52,948 nucleotides of DNA from a virus (taxonomy: Duplodnaviria; Caudoviricetes): the IMG/VR virus record IMGVR_UViG_3300020171_000037, positions 1-52,948 of that record; one strand, 5' to 3'. Shown here piece after piece: positions 16,042 through 26,427 of this stretch. Under the pieces are notes generated by a model that had not been told where the DNA came from, made no database searches, and saw nothing but the letters and a program-made list of their open reading frames with translations. A program made the translations under genes and the position numbers. Each line of letters opens with the position of its first letter. Within the stretch, counting starts at the first letter, position 1.

Positions 16042-17187
16042 ATGCCTATTTCAAGTTTTTCAATTAGCGAAATAATCCCTAATTTAATTAGCGGGTTAAT
16101 TACGTACATTCCAGATGTTTATCAAGAAACATTCGGACTTTCAGGTATGGCAAAAGAGGCCAAACCACAATTAGAGCCTAAAATACAAATACGTGGTAAA
16201 GTTTACAAGCGATTTGTAGCAAGTGACATTCCAGAAGGTAGCGAGGCCACTCAAGTTAAAGACACTAATTTTACAGATGAATTTTTCACAGCTCCAGAAT
16301 ACGGCCGTGCATTTTCAGTAAAAGCTGAGGACTTAATTAGAAATCAAGCCTATATTGCCAGTTTTCAAACAATGTCAGTGCAACCCGACCGAGTACCTAC
16401 CTTAATGGAGCGTATAAAATTAGGTTCAAATCTTTGTATTGACCAAATTAAACGTTCGGCCGATAAACAAGTTAAGGACATTTTGAACAATGGAACTGTT
16501 ATTTTGGACAATTACGACACTATTGACTTCGGTCGCGATAACAATAACAGTGAATCAATTACAACTGCTAATTTAAAATGGACCGTTGCAAATGCGGCTA
16601 CAATGAAACCACTTGGAGATATTAAACGTTGGACTGAACAAGTAGCAACCAGAGGCAATTCAGGCGGTCAAGAGTTCATTGTATTAATGGAAAGTACTTA
16701 CGCTTACAATGCGATGGTTAATTCAGACGAATGGAAAGATGATTCAAACCAACGTAGGAATTATAACATTAATCAAGTTCCTGGCATTACTTCAAAAATG
16801 AATGTAAATATTCCAGAGGGCGCATTGTATCGTTATACTTTGGTAAGCAATCCAGCCGGACCTGTTCACATTTTTACTTATGACCAAACTTATGATGTTA
16901 CAGCCTCAACTCAGGCTAAATGGTTAGATAACTACAAAGTTTATGTAATTGCAACCGATAACATGATTCAACGTCAACCAGTGAAAATCCTAACTATGAG
17001 CGATTTTATTGCACAATCTCAGGTTATGAAACAAACATTAGCCGCAACTCCATCAATGGACGGTTGGTTAGTAACACCTGAATTTAATAAGATTACAAAC
17101 CGCTCTATCTCATTTGGTATTTATAGAAAATTCTTAACAATACCTTTGACACCTAATAAAATGTTTACAGCAATCACTTATTCATAG
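16042..17187 (+). CDS. Major capsid protein (lambda gpE-like)
   Basis: Size, synteny, IDFGR and PLGDI motifs. Confidence 0.8.
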   Translation: MPISSFSISEIIPNLISGLITYIPDVYQETFGLSGMAKEAKPQLEPKIQIRGKVYKRFVASDIPEGSEATQVKDTNFTDEFFTAPEYGRAFSVKAEDLIRNQAYIASFQTMSVQPDRVPTLMERIKLGSNLCIDQIKRSADKQVKDILNNGTVILDNYDTIDFGRDNNNSESITTANLKWTVANAATMKPLGDIKRWTEQVATRGNSGGQEFIVLMESTYAYNAMVNSDEWKDDSNQRRNYNINQVPGITSKMNVNIPEGALYRYTLVSNPAGPVHIFTYDQTYDVTASTQAKWLDNYKVYVIATDNMIQRQPVKILTMSDFIAQSQVMKQTLAATPSMDGWLVTPEFNKITNRSISFGIYRKFLTIPLTPNKMFTAITYS

Positions 17188-17191
17188 TATT

Positions 17192-17626
17192 ATGACTGCC
17201 GAGGAAAAGAAAAAAGCTGATGAAGCTGCAAAATTAGCAGCCGAGGAAAAAGCCAACCAAGAGTTGGAGGAAAAGAAAAAAGCTGATGAAGCTGCAAAAT
17301 TAGCAGCCGAGGAAAAAGCCAACCAAGAGTTGGAGGAAAAGAAAAAAGCTGATGAAGCTGCAAAATTAGCAGCCGAGGAAAAAGCCAACCAAGAGTTGGA
17401 GGAAAAGAAAAAAGCTGATGAAGCTGCAAAATTAGCAGCCGAGGAAAAAGCCACTCCAAAAGGCAATTATATTATGAAAGTTACTCATTTGAGTTGGGGT
17501 TTAAACGGTAAAAATCACTTTTATGCCGATAAAAAGCCATTGATTAATGCAAAAGAAATGGGTAGTTATTCAGGTGTATTGAAGATTTGGTTAGAAAACA
17601 AATGGATTGAAAAAGGTTCGTACTAA
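17192..17626 (+). CDS. Head-associated protein with charged helical repeats
   Basis: 22-aa repeat EEKKKADEAAKLAAEEKANQEL; position after the capsid gene. Confidence 0.65.
   Translation: MTAEEKKKADEAAKLAAEEKANQELEEKKKADEAAKLAAEEKANQELEEKKKADEAAKLAAEEKANQELEEKKKADEAAKLAAEEKATPKGNYIMKVTHLSWGLNGKNHFYADKKPLINAKEMGSYSGVLKIWLENKWIEKGSY
17201..17453 (+). repeat. Perfect 66-bp tandem repeat, ~3.8 copies
   Basis: Units begin at 17201, 17267, 17333 and 17399 (partial). Confidence 0.95.
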
Positions 17627-17976
17627 TGAATGATGTAATTCGAAACGATTTTGTGGATTTTATCAATAATGAGGATTATTTTAATAGTTCTGTAAAATTA
17701 TACGATTCACTTAATGTTTTAAAGTTTGATGGTAAAGGAGTATATGATAAAAAACCCATGCCCGTTCAAAATGAGAACGGCATGGTTTCTTACCAAGGGC
17801 ATATGAGCATATTAACGCTTTCAATGTCCTTACTAACCTTTATGACAGCTTACTTTTCATTAAAAGGCTACAAAGTTGAGATAACTGACAATGTTGACTT
17901 GAAATCGTACACAATTGCAAATTCAAACTATAATTCAAATGTTGGAAGTATTTACTGCGAATTAAAAGAATTATAA
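17626..17976 (+). CDS. Putative head closure/connector protein
   Basis: Synteny and size. Confidence 0.45.
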   Translation: MNDVIRNDFVDFINNEDYFNSSVKLYDSLNVLKFDGKGVYDKKPMPVQNENGMVSYQGHMSILTLSMSLLTFMTAYFSLKGYKVEITDNVDLKSYTIANSNYNSNVGSIYCELKEL

Positions 17977-18599
17977 TGGCTTACACGGCGAAATTAACAT
18001 ATAGTATTTACGATTCTAACAGCTCATTGTTTTTGGAATTGCTAAAAACTATTTTGGAAACTGAATTTACAGCCCAAAGAATTGCGCCACATTTAAAGAC
18101 ATTTTTACCCAAAGCAGTACAAACAGACGAATATCTTTTAAGCCCAATAGCTGACAAAGAAATAGACCCCGCCTTTTGCTCAATTATAAAAGCGCAAATG
18201 AAGGGCACCGAAAATAGATTTGCAGGGCAACAAAATGAGCTTAATTACTTCATAATTGGAGTTCTGGCAAATGGACTTGCAAATCTTAGAAAAATACTTG
18301 ATGCAATTAGTATTATTTTGAATGACAATGATGTTAAAATCTATTTATTTCAGTACAAAAATGCATTAGGTGAAAACTTAATTTCAAACAGCAGTCAATA
18401 CATGATTAAAGAGCTTTCAAGCGAATTTGAAGTATCAAAAACCATTAATGATAAAAACATTGTTTATGGTTCGTTGATTCTGCAAGCTGAAATATCAGAG
18501 GTTGTAAAATTAAATACATACACCCCAATTAACAGTGTAGATTTAAATTTGGAATTAGGAAATAATGAAGTAAATATTAATCAAATAACAAATTTATAA
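17976..18599 (+). CDS. Putative tail terminator protein
   Basis: Immediately precedes the sheath gene. Confidence 0.45.
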   Translation: MAYTAKLTYSIYDSNSSLFLELLKTILETEFTAQRIAPHLKTFLPKAVQTDEYLLSPIADKEIDPAFCSIIKAQMKGTENRFAGQQNELNYFIIGVLANGLANLRKILDAISIILNDNDVKIYLFQYKNALGENLISNSSQYMIKELSSEFEVSKTINDKNIVYGSLILQAEISEVVKLNTYTPINSVDLNLELGNNEVNINQITNL

Positions 18600-18600
18600 A

Positions 18601-20109
18601 ATGGCAAATTCAGCAAGTCAAATAATGCCAAACGCTGCGGCGGCTGGTAGCTTTTATAAAGTTGGTTTAGGTTCGTTAACTGGACTTTCACCACTTTTAG
18701 AGCAAAAGATTGCCGTGTTATGTGAAGCTAACGCGGACATGCAAACTGAGGGTGCACAAGATGGGGGAGTTTTGAAACCCATCACATCTAAGGAAGTTGC
18801 ATTAAAATTTGGGTATGGCAGCCCGGCACATTTAGTAGCCAAAACGCTAATTGATGAATTATCAGTTGGAGTTGAAACTAAATTCTTTTTTGTTGCAGAA
18901 AACGGAAGCGCAACCGTAACTAAAACCGTAATAACTGGCACGGGTGCAACCATTACCAAAACAGGTTCAATTGTTTTGAATATTAATGGAGTTTTACTTT
19001 CAGTTGGTTTGGTTTTAGCCGATACTTTGGCGGAAGCTTTAGTAAAAATTAAAACTGCCATCAATGCGGAAATTAACTTACCTGTTTTAGTTTCAACTCC
19101 AACCCCGACAACTTCAATTTCAGTTGATTCAAAATGGAAAGGTTTGAGTTCAGTTCCTTTAACCGTAACCGTTGATTCATTAACCGCCGAGGGAATTACT
19201 TTTGCAGGTGTAAAAACTGATGGCACCGGAGAAACCGCTTTGGCCTCAACATTGGCTAAGTTTCAAAACGATTGGTATCCACATATTTTGAACACACTTG
19301 GGGAGGGTGGTACAAATGCAAACTTAGATGCTTTTGAAACATTCATTGGAACAGCCGCCGCCGGAACTGGCAAATATGCACCAGAGAATATGACACCTTG
19401 CGTTGCTTGGACTGCGACAAGCACATCAGTATTAGCTACATTACAAGCTGTAACGTCAACTAGATTAGATTATAGCTCAAATGTGTACATTCCAGTTCCA
19501 AACGCTCAAGATATTCCTTTTATTAATGCCACAAATGCATTGGGTATTTTCGTTAAAAAATCAAACGGAGACCCAAAACAGGATATTTTGGACGATGTTA
19601 TTCCAGGTGCAACCGCGCCCGAAGATCTGAACGTTGGTGACATTATTAATTATTCATTTAGGGATGCATTAGTAAAAGCTGGTTGTTCAACTACAAATTT
19701 TAGGAATGGTTCGTATTATGCCGGTGACATTATCACAACTTACCACCCAGAGGGCGAAACTGACCCAATATTCAGATATGTAAGGGATTGTATGATTGTT
19801 TTCAACATTTTGAATCAATTCAAAGCATTCAATTTGAAGCAAAAAAACAAAACAATAGCTCCAAACGCTTTACCAAGTGCAAGGATTACAAGTCCAAAAT
19901 TGTACAAAGCTGGTATTTTGAATGAGATAATTAAGCCTTTTGTTGAAGCTGGTTATATTGCTGATTTCGATTACGCAAAAGCTAATTTAGATGTGGGAAT
20001 TGACCCAACAAATGCAGGCCGTTTCAATGTACTTTCTCCAAACTTAATAACTAGCTTATTGAGAATAGTTGCTACTGAAGTTCAGGTTAATAAATATTAT
20101 GGTGCCTAA
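18601..20109 (+). CDS. Contractile tail sheath protein (Mu-like)
   Basis: FGYGSPAH motif, ~500 aa, C-terminal DPTNAGRFNV. Confidence 0.85.
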   Translation: MANSASQIMPNAAAAGSFYKVGLGSLTGLSPLLEQKIAVLCEANADMQTEGAQDGGVLKPITSKEVALKFGYGSPAHLVAKTLIDELSVGVETKFFFVAENGSATVTKTVITGTGATITKTGSIVLNINGVLLSVGLVLADTLAEALVKIKTAINAEINLPVLVSTPTPTTSISVDSKWKGLSSVPLTVTVDSLTAEGITFAGVKTDGTGETALASTLAKFQNDWYPHILNTLGEGGTNANLDAFETFIGTAAAGTGKYAPENMTPCVAWTATSTSVLATLQAVTSTRLDYSSNVYIPVPNAQDIPFINATNALGIFVKKSNGDPKQDILDDVIPGATAPEDLNVGDIINYSFRDALVKAGCSTTNFRNGSYYAGDIITTYHPEGETDPIFRYVRDCMIVFNILNQFKAFNLKQKNKTIAPNALPSARITSPKLYKAGILNEIIKPFVEAGYIADFDYAKANLDVGIDPTNAGRFNVLSPNLITSLLRIVATEVQVNKYYGA

Positions 20110-20120
20110 AAATTAAAATT

Positions 20121-20525
20121 ATGAGTTTCGTAACAAAAGAAATACAAAACCTATATGTAACTACTCCAGAGGGTGACGTGGTTTTATCAGGTAAAGCGGG
20201 CGAAGTTCCTGAATTGAATCTTTACACCGATTCAATTGAAGATTCTGAAGATCATTTAACAAACGATAATCAATTAATTATCAATGTTAAAAAACAAAGA
20301 TCGCATATTAAAGGCGTATTCGCTTATAAGGATGAAGATATACCAATGCTTCAAAGCGGGATTGCTCAAGTAATTGGAGGCGGGGCAGAATTGCCTGCAA
20401 ACATACTTTGCACTGACGGTTCGATTTATTCAAATTCAGGTGTATTCGTTGGAAAATTAATGTATTCAGCCGCCGGCACTCAGGAATTAAAATTTGTGAG
20501 TGCATCCGATTGGATAGTATCATAA
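20121..20525 (+). CDS. Tail tube protein
   Basis: 134 aa, directly after the sheath gene. Confidence 0.7.
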   Translation: MSFVTKEIQNLYVTTPEGDVVLSGKAGEVPELNLYTDSIEDSEDHLTNDNQLIINVKKQRSHIKGVFAYKDEDIPMLQSGIAQVIGGGAELPANILCTDGSIYSNSGVFVGKLMYSAAGTQELKFVSASDWIVS

Positions 20526-20538
20526 AAAAACTAAAAAC

Positions 20539-21108
20539 ATGAAAGACATATCAATTAAGGATTTAAATAAGACAGGTTCGGAAAATCAGGCCGAACCTGT
20601 TAAAGTTATTGTAGAGAAAAAAACCACTCCAAAAGATGAGTTTTTACTCGAATGCAATGATGAAGAAAAGGAAATTTTCCTAAAAATCATTGAAGTACTT
20701 ACAGAGCAATGCGACAAATACGAATTTGAGGCAGTAACCGCCGATAATTTGGAGGAGTTTTCACAAATCATAACCTACATTAAGAACGGAATTTTAACAC
20801 TTGAAAATGAAGGTGTGAGGGTTAAGTTAAGAAAACCACTAAAAAGACCAGATGGCACCGTTTTAACAGAAAGTGTAAAGATTCTTTATGAACGGAATGA
20901 AGCTCGGGAAAAAACATTCACAAAAGACATTAAGGTTACTAAAAAAAGCACTGAATCACAAAGAGAATTTACTTTAGCTTCATTGGCGGCATCATTTGAA
21001 AATATAAATGGGGCAATGATTGGAGTTGAAGCAACCAGGCGAATTCAAAATAACAATTACCGTGATTACATGCTTTTATTGACCGTGTTTAACTTTTTTC
21101 GCAACTAA
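20539..21108 (+). CDS. Tail assembly chaperone
   Basis: Between tube and tape measure; ends with a T6 run (..FNFFRN). Confidence 0.65.
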   Translation: MKDISIKDLNKTGSENQAEPVKVIVEKKTTPKDEFLLECNDEEKEIFLKIIEVLTEQCDKYEFEAVTADNLEEFSQIITYIKNGILTLENEGVRVKLRKPLKRPDGTVLTESVKILYERNEAREKTFTKDIKVTKKSTESQREFTLASLAASFENINGAMIGVEATRRIQNNNYRDYMLLLTVFNFFRN

Positions 21109-21124
21109 AATACAAGTAGTTGAG

Positions 21125-21340
21125 TTGACCAATAAGGAAAGCTCAATCAAAAGCAAATACTACACAATTTTAGAATTATACGATTCAATAGAGTTAATAA
21201 AAGGGGATGTTTGCTACAATAAAAATATAAGTCCAAATGAAGTTGATGAACTTGAATACCAAGATTATAATTACAGAGGGCTTTTTTGGTGGTATAACAG
21301 AATCCTAAAAGAAATTGCAGAATCAAACGCTAAAAAATAG
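21125..21340 (+). CDS. Second tail chaperone segment (probable frameshift extension)
   Basis: No ATG start; frame is open back to the T6 run at 21094-21099. Confidence 0.55.
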   Translation: MTNKESSIKSKYYTILELYDSIELIKGDVCYNKNISPNEVDELEYQDYNYRGLFWWYNRILKEIAESNAKK

Positions 21341-21364
21341 CCCCTTAACCGGGGCTTTTACAAA

Positions 21365-24166
21365 ATGAGACCATTTACATTAAAAACAGAGATAGTCGCT
21401 ATTGACAAAGCAAGCCAAAACATTAATAAGATTAATGCGGCGGCTGATCGAATGTCAAAAAACGTAACCAAAGAATCTACTATTTCTGGGAACGCATTTT
21501 CATTGATGGCCTCAAAGATAAATTCAGCAACCAAATCCGCCGCCGTTTCATTGGGTAATTTTAATGCTCGCGTTTCACAAATAAGTAGAAATGTAAGCAA
21601 AAAAGTTAGCGGAATGCTGGGAACGCTTGGTAAAATAGGCGTTGGAATTGGTTTGGTAACTACTTTGGGATTTATCGCAAATGCCAATATTGAAGTTGAC
21701 AAAAACATGCAAAGCCTGTCAGCGGTTACAGGTGTAGCAGGTGCCGAATTTGAAGGGTACAAAACAAAGGTTTTTGACGCTTCAAAAGAACTTAACATGT
21801 TTTCAGGTGACATGGCAAAAGCATTTGAGGTAATAGGTTCACAAAAACCCGAATTATTAGCCAGTGCCGATGCAATGAAGATGGTTACTAAGTCAGCTGT
21901 TATATTATCGCGTGCGAGTGGTGAAGATTTAGCTTCATCAGCTACCAATTTGACCGGAATAATGAATCAATTCCAATTGGGAGCAATGGAATCGGCACGA
22001 ACTATTGATGTTTTGGCGGCAGGTACAATTGCGGGAGCTTCATCAATAGCAGAAACCGGCGAGGCAATGAAAAACTTTGGAACCGTTGCAAAAAGCTCAA
22101 ATATGACAATTGAAGAATCAGTTGCAGCAATTCAATTATTATCACTTTACCAATTAAAGGGAGCTGAAGCAGGTACAAAAGCCCGTGGAGCAATTATTAA
22201 ATTACAGCAAGCTCAATTAGGCTATCAAAGTGGGATATTTAATACAAACGATGCATTAAAAGAGGCTAAAACTAAATACGATAAATTAGGCAGTGCAATT
22301 GCAAAAGATGCTTTTATACTTGATACTTTCGGGATTGAGAATAAAACAACCGGAATGATTCTAATGAACAACGTAGGACGTTTAGAATCAATGACCGTTG
22401 CCGTTTCCGAAACCGGAAAAGCTCAGGAAATGGCAAATAAGAACATGGATACCTTTTCACAAAAATTAATTGATATTCAAAACGCTTTCAAAAACGAAAC
22501 TACAAGCGTTCAGGCTAATTCAAGCCAAATGAACTCATTAAAAGCTATTTTAGGTTCAGTTGCAACCAATATGGATAAAATCATTGCAACCGTAATAGTT
22601 GCAGTTAAAATATACGCCGCATATAAGATAGCCACTTGGAGTGCAATAGTAGCTCAAAAAGCATTGCAAGCGGTTATTTTTGCTCAAAATGTAGTGTTAG
22701 GTATTCAATACGCATTGTATGGTAGCACTACGATAGCAATGAAAAGAAATATAATAACATCAAGGGGAAATGCAGTAGCCATGTGGACAATGAACGCTGC
22801 AACTAAGGCAGCAACAGTTGCAACCGCATTGTATAATTTAGGTTTAACAGGTGCAATTGCAGCAACTTGGGCATTTACAGCGGCATTATTGGCAAACCCT
22901 ATCACTTGGGTAATCGTTGGAATAGCCGCTTTGATTGTAATTATTATACTTTTGGTTAAACATTGGGAAACTGTAAAAAAAGCAGTTATTTCGTTTTGGG
23001 ATTCAATCAAAAATACAGCTCCAATTCAATACTTAATTGAAATATTCCAAGGTTTTAAAAACGCTGCAATGCAAGTGATTAATTCAGTAATTGGATTATT
23101 CAAAAATATGTGGGAATTTATAAAAGCTATTGGCGGTTTTATTTCGGCTGTTTTTACCGTTGCTTTCAGTCCTATTGTTGATTCTTTAAAATACGTTTGG
23201 AGTGTTTTTAAACTGGTTTTTAGTTTTATAATTGATTTGGCTGGTAAATTAATCGAGCCGTTCATTCCATTTGTTGAAGCATTAAAGAATATTGGAACCG
23301 TAATTAAGACTTATATTTTGGACAAATTTAAATCCATTGGAGCTTTTGTTTCAAAAATAATTGACAGTATAAGTAAATTCTTTGGGGATTCGGCAACAAA
23401 AATAAATGCAAAATCAGAACAAATATTGACCGTAAATAATAAAGAGGGTAATATTTCAGAAAAAAACATTAAAAATAGTGTTGTTGAAACTACAAAAAAT
23501 AAAACAATTGAAAATGAATCTTTAAAAACCGATGCATCAAAGAAATTAGCCGATGCATTAAACAAAAATACATCTTCAAATGATGAAAATACTGAAATTC
23601 AAAAAGCTAAAAAAGATGAATGGAAAGGTAAGTTTTATACTTCAATTTTGAAAAACGCTAATGTTCCAAGTTTAAACAAAACGGTAACAAATGAGCTAGC
23701 TACTACCAAAATAAACAATGAAAAAAACATTATAAATGAGCAAAAACAAATAGTAGATAAAACTAATCAAACTGAATTATCTAAAGTATCTGAAATTGCT
23801 AAAACTGATAGTATTGAAAAAAAGGCAACAAATACAATCATTAATGAGATAACAAATGAATCATTCAAAGAATCTGAAATTGCTAAAACAGCAATACGGA
23901 ATGAGCAAAATGTTATCAACACTCAAAAAGACGTAATCAATGAAAGCAACATCATTGAAAATACAACTAATAGAGATTTAGTCAAAGAATCAAATATAAC
24001 TCAAAAGTCAACAATTAACGAAAATACCATTTCAAAAACACCAACAAATCGAAACGAAAATAAAAAAAGTGAATTGGTAATTACTTTAATCGACAAAACA
24101 AACAACAAATTCGGAATAACAGTTGAATCAACAGGAATTGACGTAATAAGAACGGGAAATGCATAA
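21365..24166 (+). CDS. Tape measure protein
   Basis: 933 aa, TP901-type core (KGAEAGT), ANPITWVI hydrophobic region, periodic aromatic residues. Confidence 0.93.
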   Translation: MRPFTLKTEIVAIDKASQNINKINAAADRMSKNVTKESTISGNAFSLMASKINSATKSAAVSLGNFNARVSQISRNVSKKVSGMLGTLGKIGVGIGLVTTLGFIANANIEVDKNMQSLSAVTGVAGAEFEGYKTKVFDASKELNMFSGDMAKAFEVIGSQKPELLASADAMKMVTKSAVILSRASGEDLASSATNLTGIMNQFQLGAMESARTIDVLAAGTIAGASSIAETGEAMKNFGTVAKSSNMTIEESVAAIQLLSLYQLKGAEAGTKARGAIIKLQQAQLGYQSGIFNTNDALKEAKTKYDKLGSAIAKDAFILDTFGIENKTTGMILMNNVGRLESMTVAVSETGKAQEMANKNMDTFSQKLIDIQNAFKNETTSVQANSSQMNSLKAILGSVATNMDKIIATVIVAVKIYAAYKIATWSAIVAQKALQAVIFAQNVVLGIQYALYGSTTIAMKRNIITSRGNAVAMWTMNAATKAATVATALYNLGLTGAIAATWAFTAALLANPITWVIVGIAALIVIIILLVKHWETVKKAVISFWDSIKNTAPIQYLIEIFQGFKNAAMQVINSVIGLFKNMWEFIKAIGGFISAVFTVAFSPIVDSLKYVWSVFKLVFSFIIDLAGKLIEPFIPFVEALKNIGTVIKTYILDKFKSIGAFVSKIIDSISKFFGDSATKINAKSEQILTVNNKEGNISEKNIKNSVVETTKNKTIENESLKTDASKKLADALNKNTSSNDENTEIQKAKKDEWKGKFYTSILKNANVPSLNKTVTNELATTKINNEKNIINEQKQIVDKTNQTELSKVSEIAKTDSIEKKATNTIINEITNESFKESEIAKTAIRNEQNVINTQKDVINESNIIENTTNRDLVKESNITQKSTINENTISKTPTNRNENKKSELVITLIDKTNNKFGITVESTGIDVIRTGNA

Positions 24167-24587
24167 TTTACAACTCATAGATAGTGAAGATGGGGGTTTT
24201 TTCGGTTTTGATCGAAATGATTACCCAATTGACCAAGGCATTTATACTGAGTTGTATTGTGCTTTATTTTCAACAACAACTCAATGGTGGGGGGATAAAT
24301 CATTTGGAATAAATACTTTCAATATTACTTCAAAAACAGGGGTTTCATTGAAAAACAATAATTCAACAAGTCAATCAAATATCAACTTAATAAAAAAAGC
24401 GATAAAAGACGACTTGGATAGATTTACCGGAAAAAACAAAAACATCGAAGTAAGCGCAATTGAGGTTGCTTATTGGTCAAAAACGATACTTATTATAATT
24501 GAATTAATCGGATACAACAAACCGTTTAATTTCATTTATCAAAAGACAAAGGAAAGTTTAGAAAATTCAAATTTTAAGATATACTAA
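24159..24587 (+). CDS. Baseplate protein, Mu gp46-like
   Basis: ALFS..WWGD motif; position before the baseplate J-like gene. Confidence 0.65.
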   Translation: MHNLQLIDSEDGGFFGFDRNDYPIDQGIYTELYCALFSTTTQWWGDKSFGINTFNITSKTGVSLKNNNSTSQSNINLIKKAIKDDLDRFTGKNKNIEVSAIEVAYWSKTILIIIELIGYNKPFNFIYQKTKESLENSNFKIY

Positions 24588-24588
24588 A

Positions 24589-25797
24589 ATGACTTACCAA
24601 CAAATATACGATTCAATAATAACTGATTGGTGCAATAGGCTTGACATTACAGTTGAAAATGCAGGTTTTACGATTATAGCTACCTCAAAAGTATTTGCAT
24701 CCGGTTTATATTTACTTGTAAAAATGATTGACGGTTTGGCTAATAATGTTTGGGTAGGTTCGATGCAAGCCGCAAAACTAATCGAGGTAGGTCAAGATAA
24801 AATAGGCCGTGGACCGTATTTGGCAGTAAAAGGTGAATATAATTGTTCGACAATCGCAAAAGGCGTTGGAAATATACCTTTGGGAACCATTTTTATAAAA
24901 GAAATTGACGGTGCTACTTATACTTACGAAACTTTATCAGAGGTTGCAGGTGGGGCAAATGTCGTAATAAGGGCATTAACCGCCGGGACTGCAAACGAAT
25001 TAGTAATAAGCGACACCTTGACCGCTCAAAAAAGCTTAGATTATGCAGAAAGCACAATTACTGTTTTATCAGTAACTGAGAATCCAACCGATGATGAAAC
25101 GATTGAAGATTACAGAGCGGTTGTTGTTGCTTATGAGAGGTTAAGGTTGGGAAATGGTAATGCAAGCGACTATATTGTTTGGGTTTCAAATGTGAACGGA
25201 TTGAGAACGGCATATCCATACACGGCACCGGGCGAAGCGGGTAAAGCTGTTATTTATTGCGAAAGTTCAGATATTGAAGTACTGATACCAAGTGCCGGGT
25301 TAATTGATGACGCGATAGATTCAATCAAATATGATATTAATGGAGTTTCGCAACCGCCGGTTGAATTCTTTGAATTTGTAAATACTACTTATGTTTTGCC
25401 GGTAAAAATAACAGGCGTAAACATTATTTTGACAAACGGCGACCCATTGCAGCAATCAAGCATTGAAACTTTAGTAAGAAATTATTTATTGATTAAAAGG
25501 CCATTTTTGCACACCGTAAATAAATATATCCAAACGAGTACCGGTTATAATACTTATGAAAATACGATAGCTTTAGTTGATGTTATTCAGCTATTAGCAA
25601 ATGCCGGGATTACTTTTGATTCAATAGAAATGAAAGTAAATATATTATTAGCAGCAACATACGTAACAATGAGTAAATACGTGGTAGGCTATAGGGGTGG
25701 TTCAACCTATCCAACAACATTAAGCCCGTCAAATGACCCAGCCTTGGCGGCTTATTATGGTGAGTGTCCAAGATTAAATACAGTAACATTTGTGTAA
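24589..25797 (+). CDS. Baseplate J-like wedge protein
   Basis: RALTAGTAN, DETIEDYR, GNASDYIVW motifs. Confidence 0.85.
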   Translation: MTYQQIYDSIITDWCNRLDITVENAGFTIIATSKVFASGLYLLVKMIDGLANNVWVGSMQAAKLIEVGQDKIGRGPYLAVKGEYNCSTIAKGVGNIPLGTIFIKEIDGATYTYETLSEVAGGANVVIRALTAGTANELVISDTLTAQKSLDYAESTITVLSVTENPTDDETIEDYRAVVVAYERLRLGNGNASDYIVWVSNVNGLRTAYPYTAPGEAGKAVIYCESSDIEVLIPSAGLIDDAIDSIKYDINGVSQPPVEFFEFVNTTYVLPVKITGVNIILTNGDPLQQSSIETLVRNYLLIKRPFLHTVNKYIQTSTGYNTYENTIALVDVIQLLANAGITFDSIEMKVNILLAATYVTMSKYVVGYRGGSTYPTTLSPSNDPALAAYYGECPRLNTVTFV

Positions 25798-26417
25798 TGT
25801 GGTATAATTTCATAAACAAAATAAAGCCAGACGGCAAGCCTTTTAGGAGTATTCTTTTTAGTAAGATTTTCTATGAGGTTATTGCTTATGGTTTGAATTT
25901 AATAAGTGATTACGCTACTTATAAAATTACTGACCAGGTTTGGTATGTGAATAGTAATTTCGACCCAGAACCATGGGAGAACAGATATTTAATAAACGTT
26001 CCTGAAAGTGCAACAATTGAAGAACGTAGATCGGTTGTAAAATCATACATGCTATTTCCACAATCGCAAAATAGACTATCGAGGGATTATATTAAAAGCT
26101 CGCTTATAAACGCAGGGTTTACCGGTATTGATATAAAATACAATCCAACCGGATTAAATGATGGTTATTTGCATGTAAATGATATCACGGATGAAAAAGG
26201 TGTATTCAACTTAGGGGCGTTAACTTACAATACATTTATAATTGATGGTGAAATAACAGCAAGCTATTATTGGAATGCTTTATATTTAGCATTGAGTTTG
26301 AAACCATTACAATTAGGAATGTATGATAAATTAGATATATTATACACAATCGCATTAGATGACGACTTTGCAATCGCATTGGATTCTGATTTTGCAATAG
26401 CATTAAGTAAAATTTAA
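25797..26417 (+). CDS. Baseplate protein, Mu gp48-like
   Basis: WENRY..TIEERR motif; ATG overlaps the upstream stop. Confidence 0.65.
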   Translation: MWYNFINKIKPDGKPFRSILFSKIFYEVIAYGLNLISDYATYKITDQVWYVNSNFDPEPWENRYLINVPESATIEERRSVVKSYMLFPQSQNRLSRDYIKSSLINAGFTGIDIKYNPTGLNDGYLHVNDITDEKGVFNLGALTYNTFIIDGEITASYYWNALYLALSLKPLQLGMYDKLDILYTIALDDDFAIALDSDFAIALSKI

Positions 26418-26427
26418 TAATAAAAAG

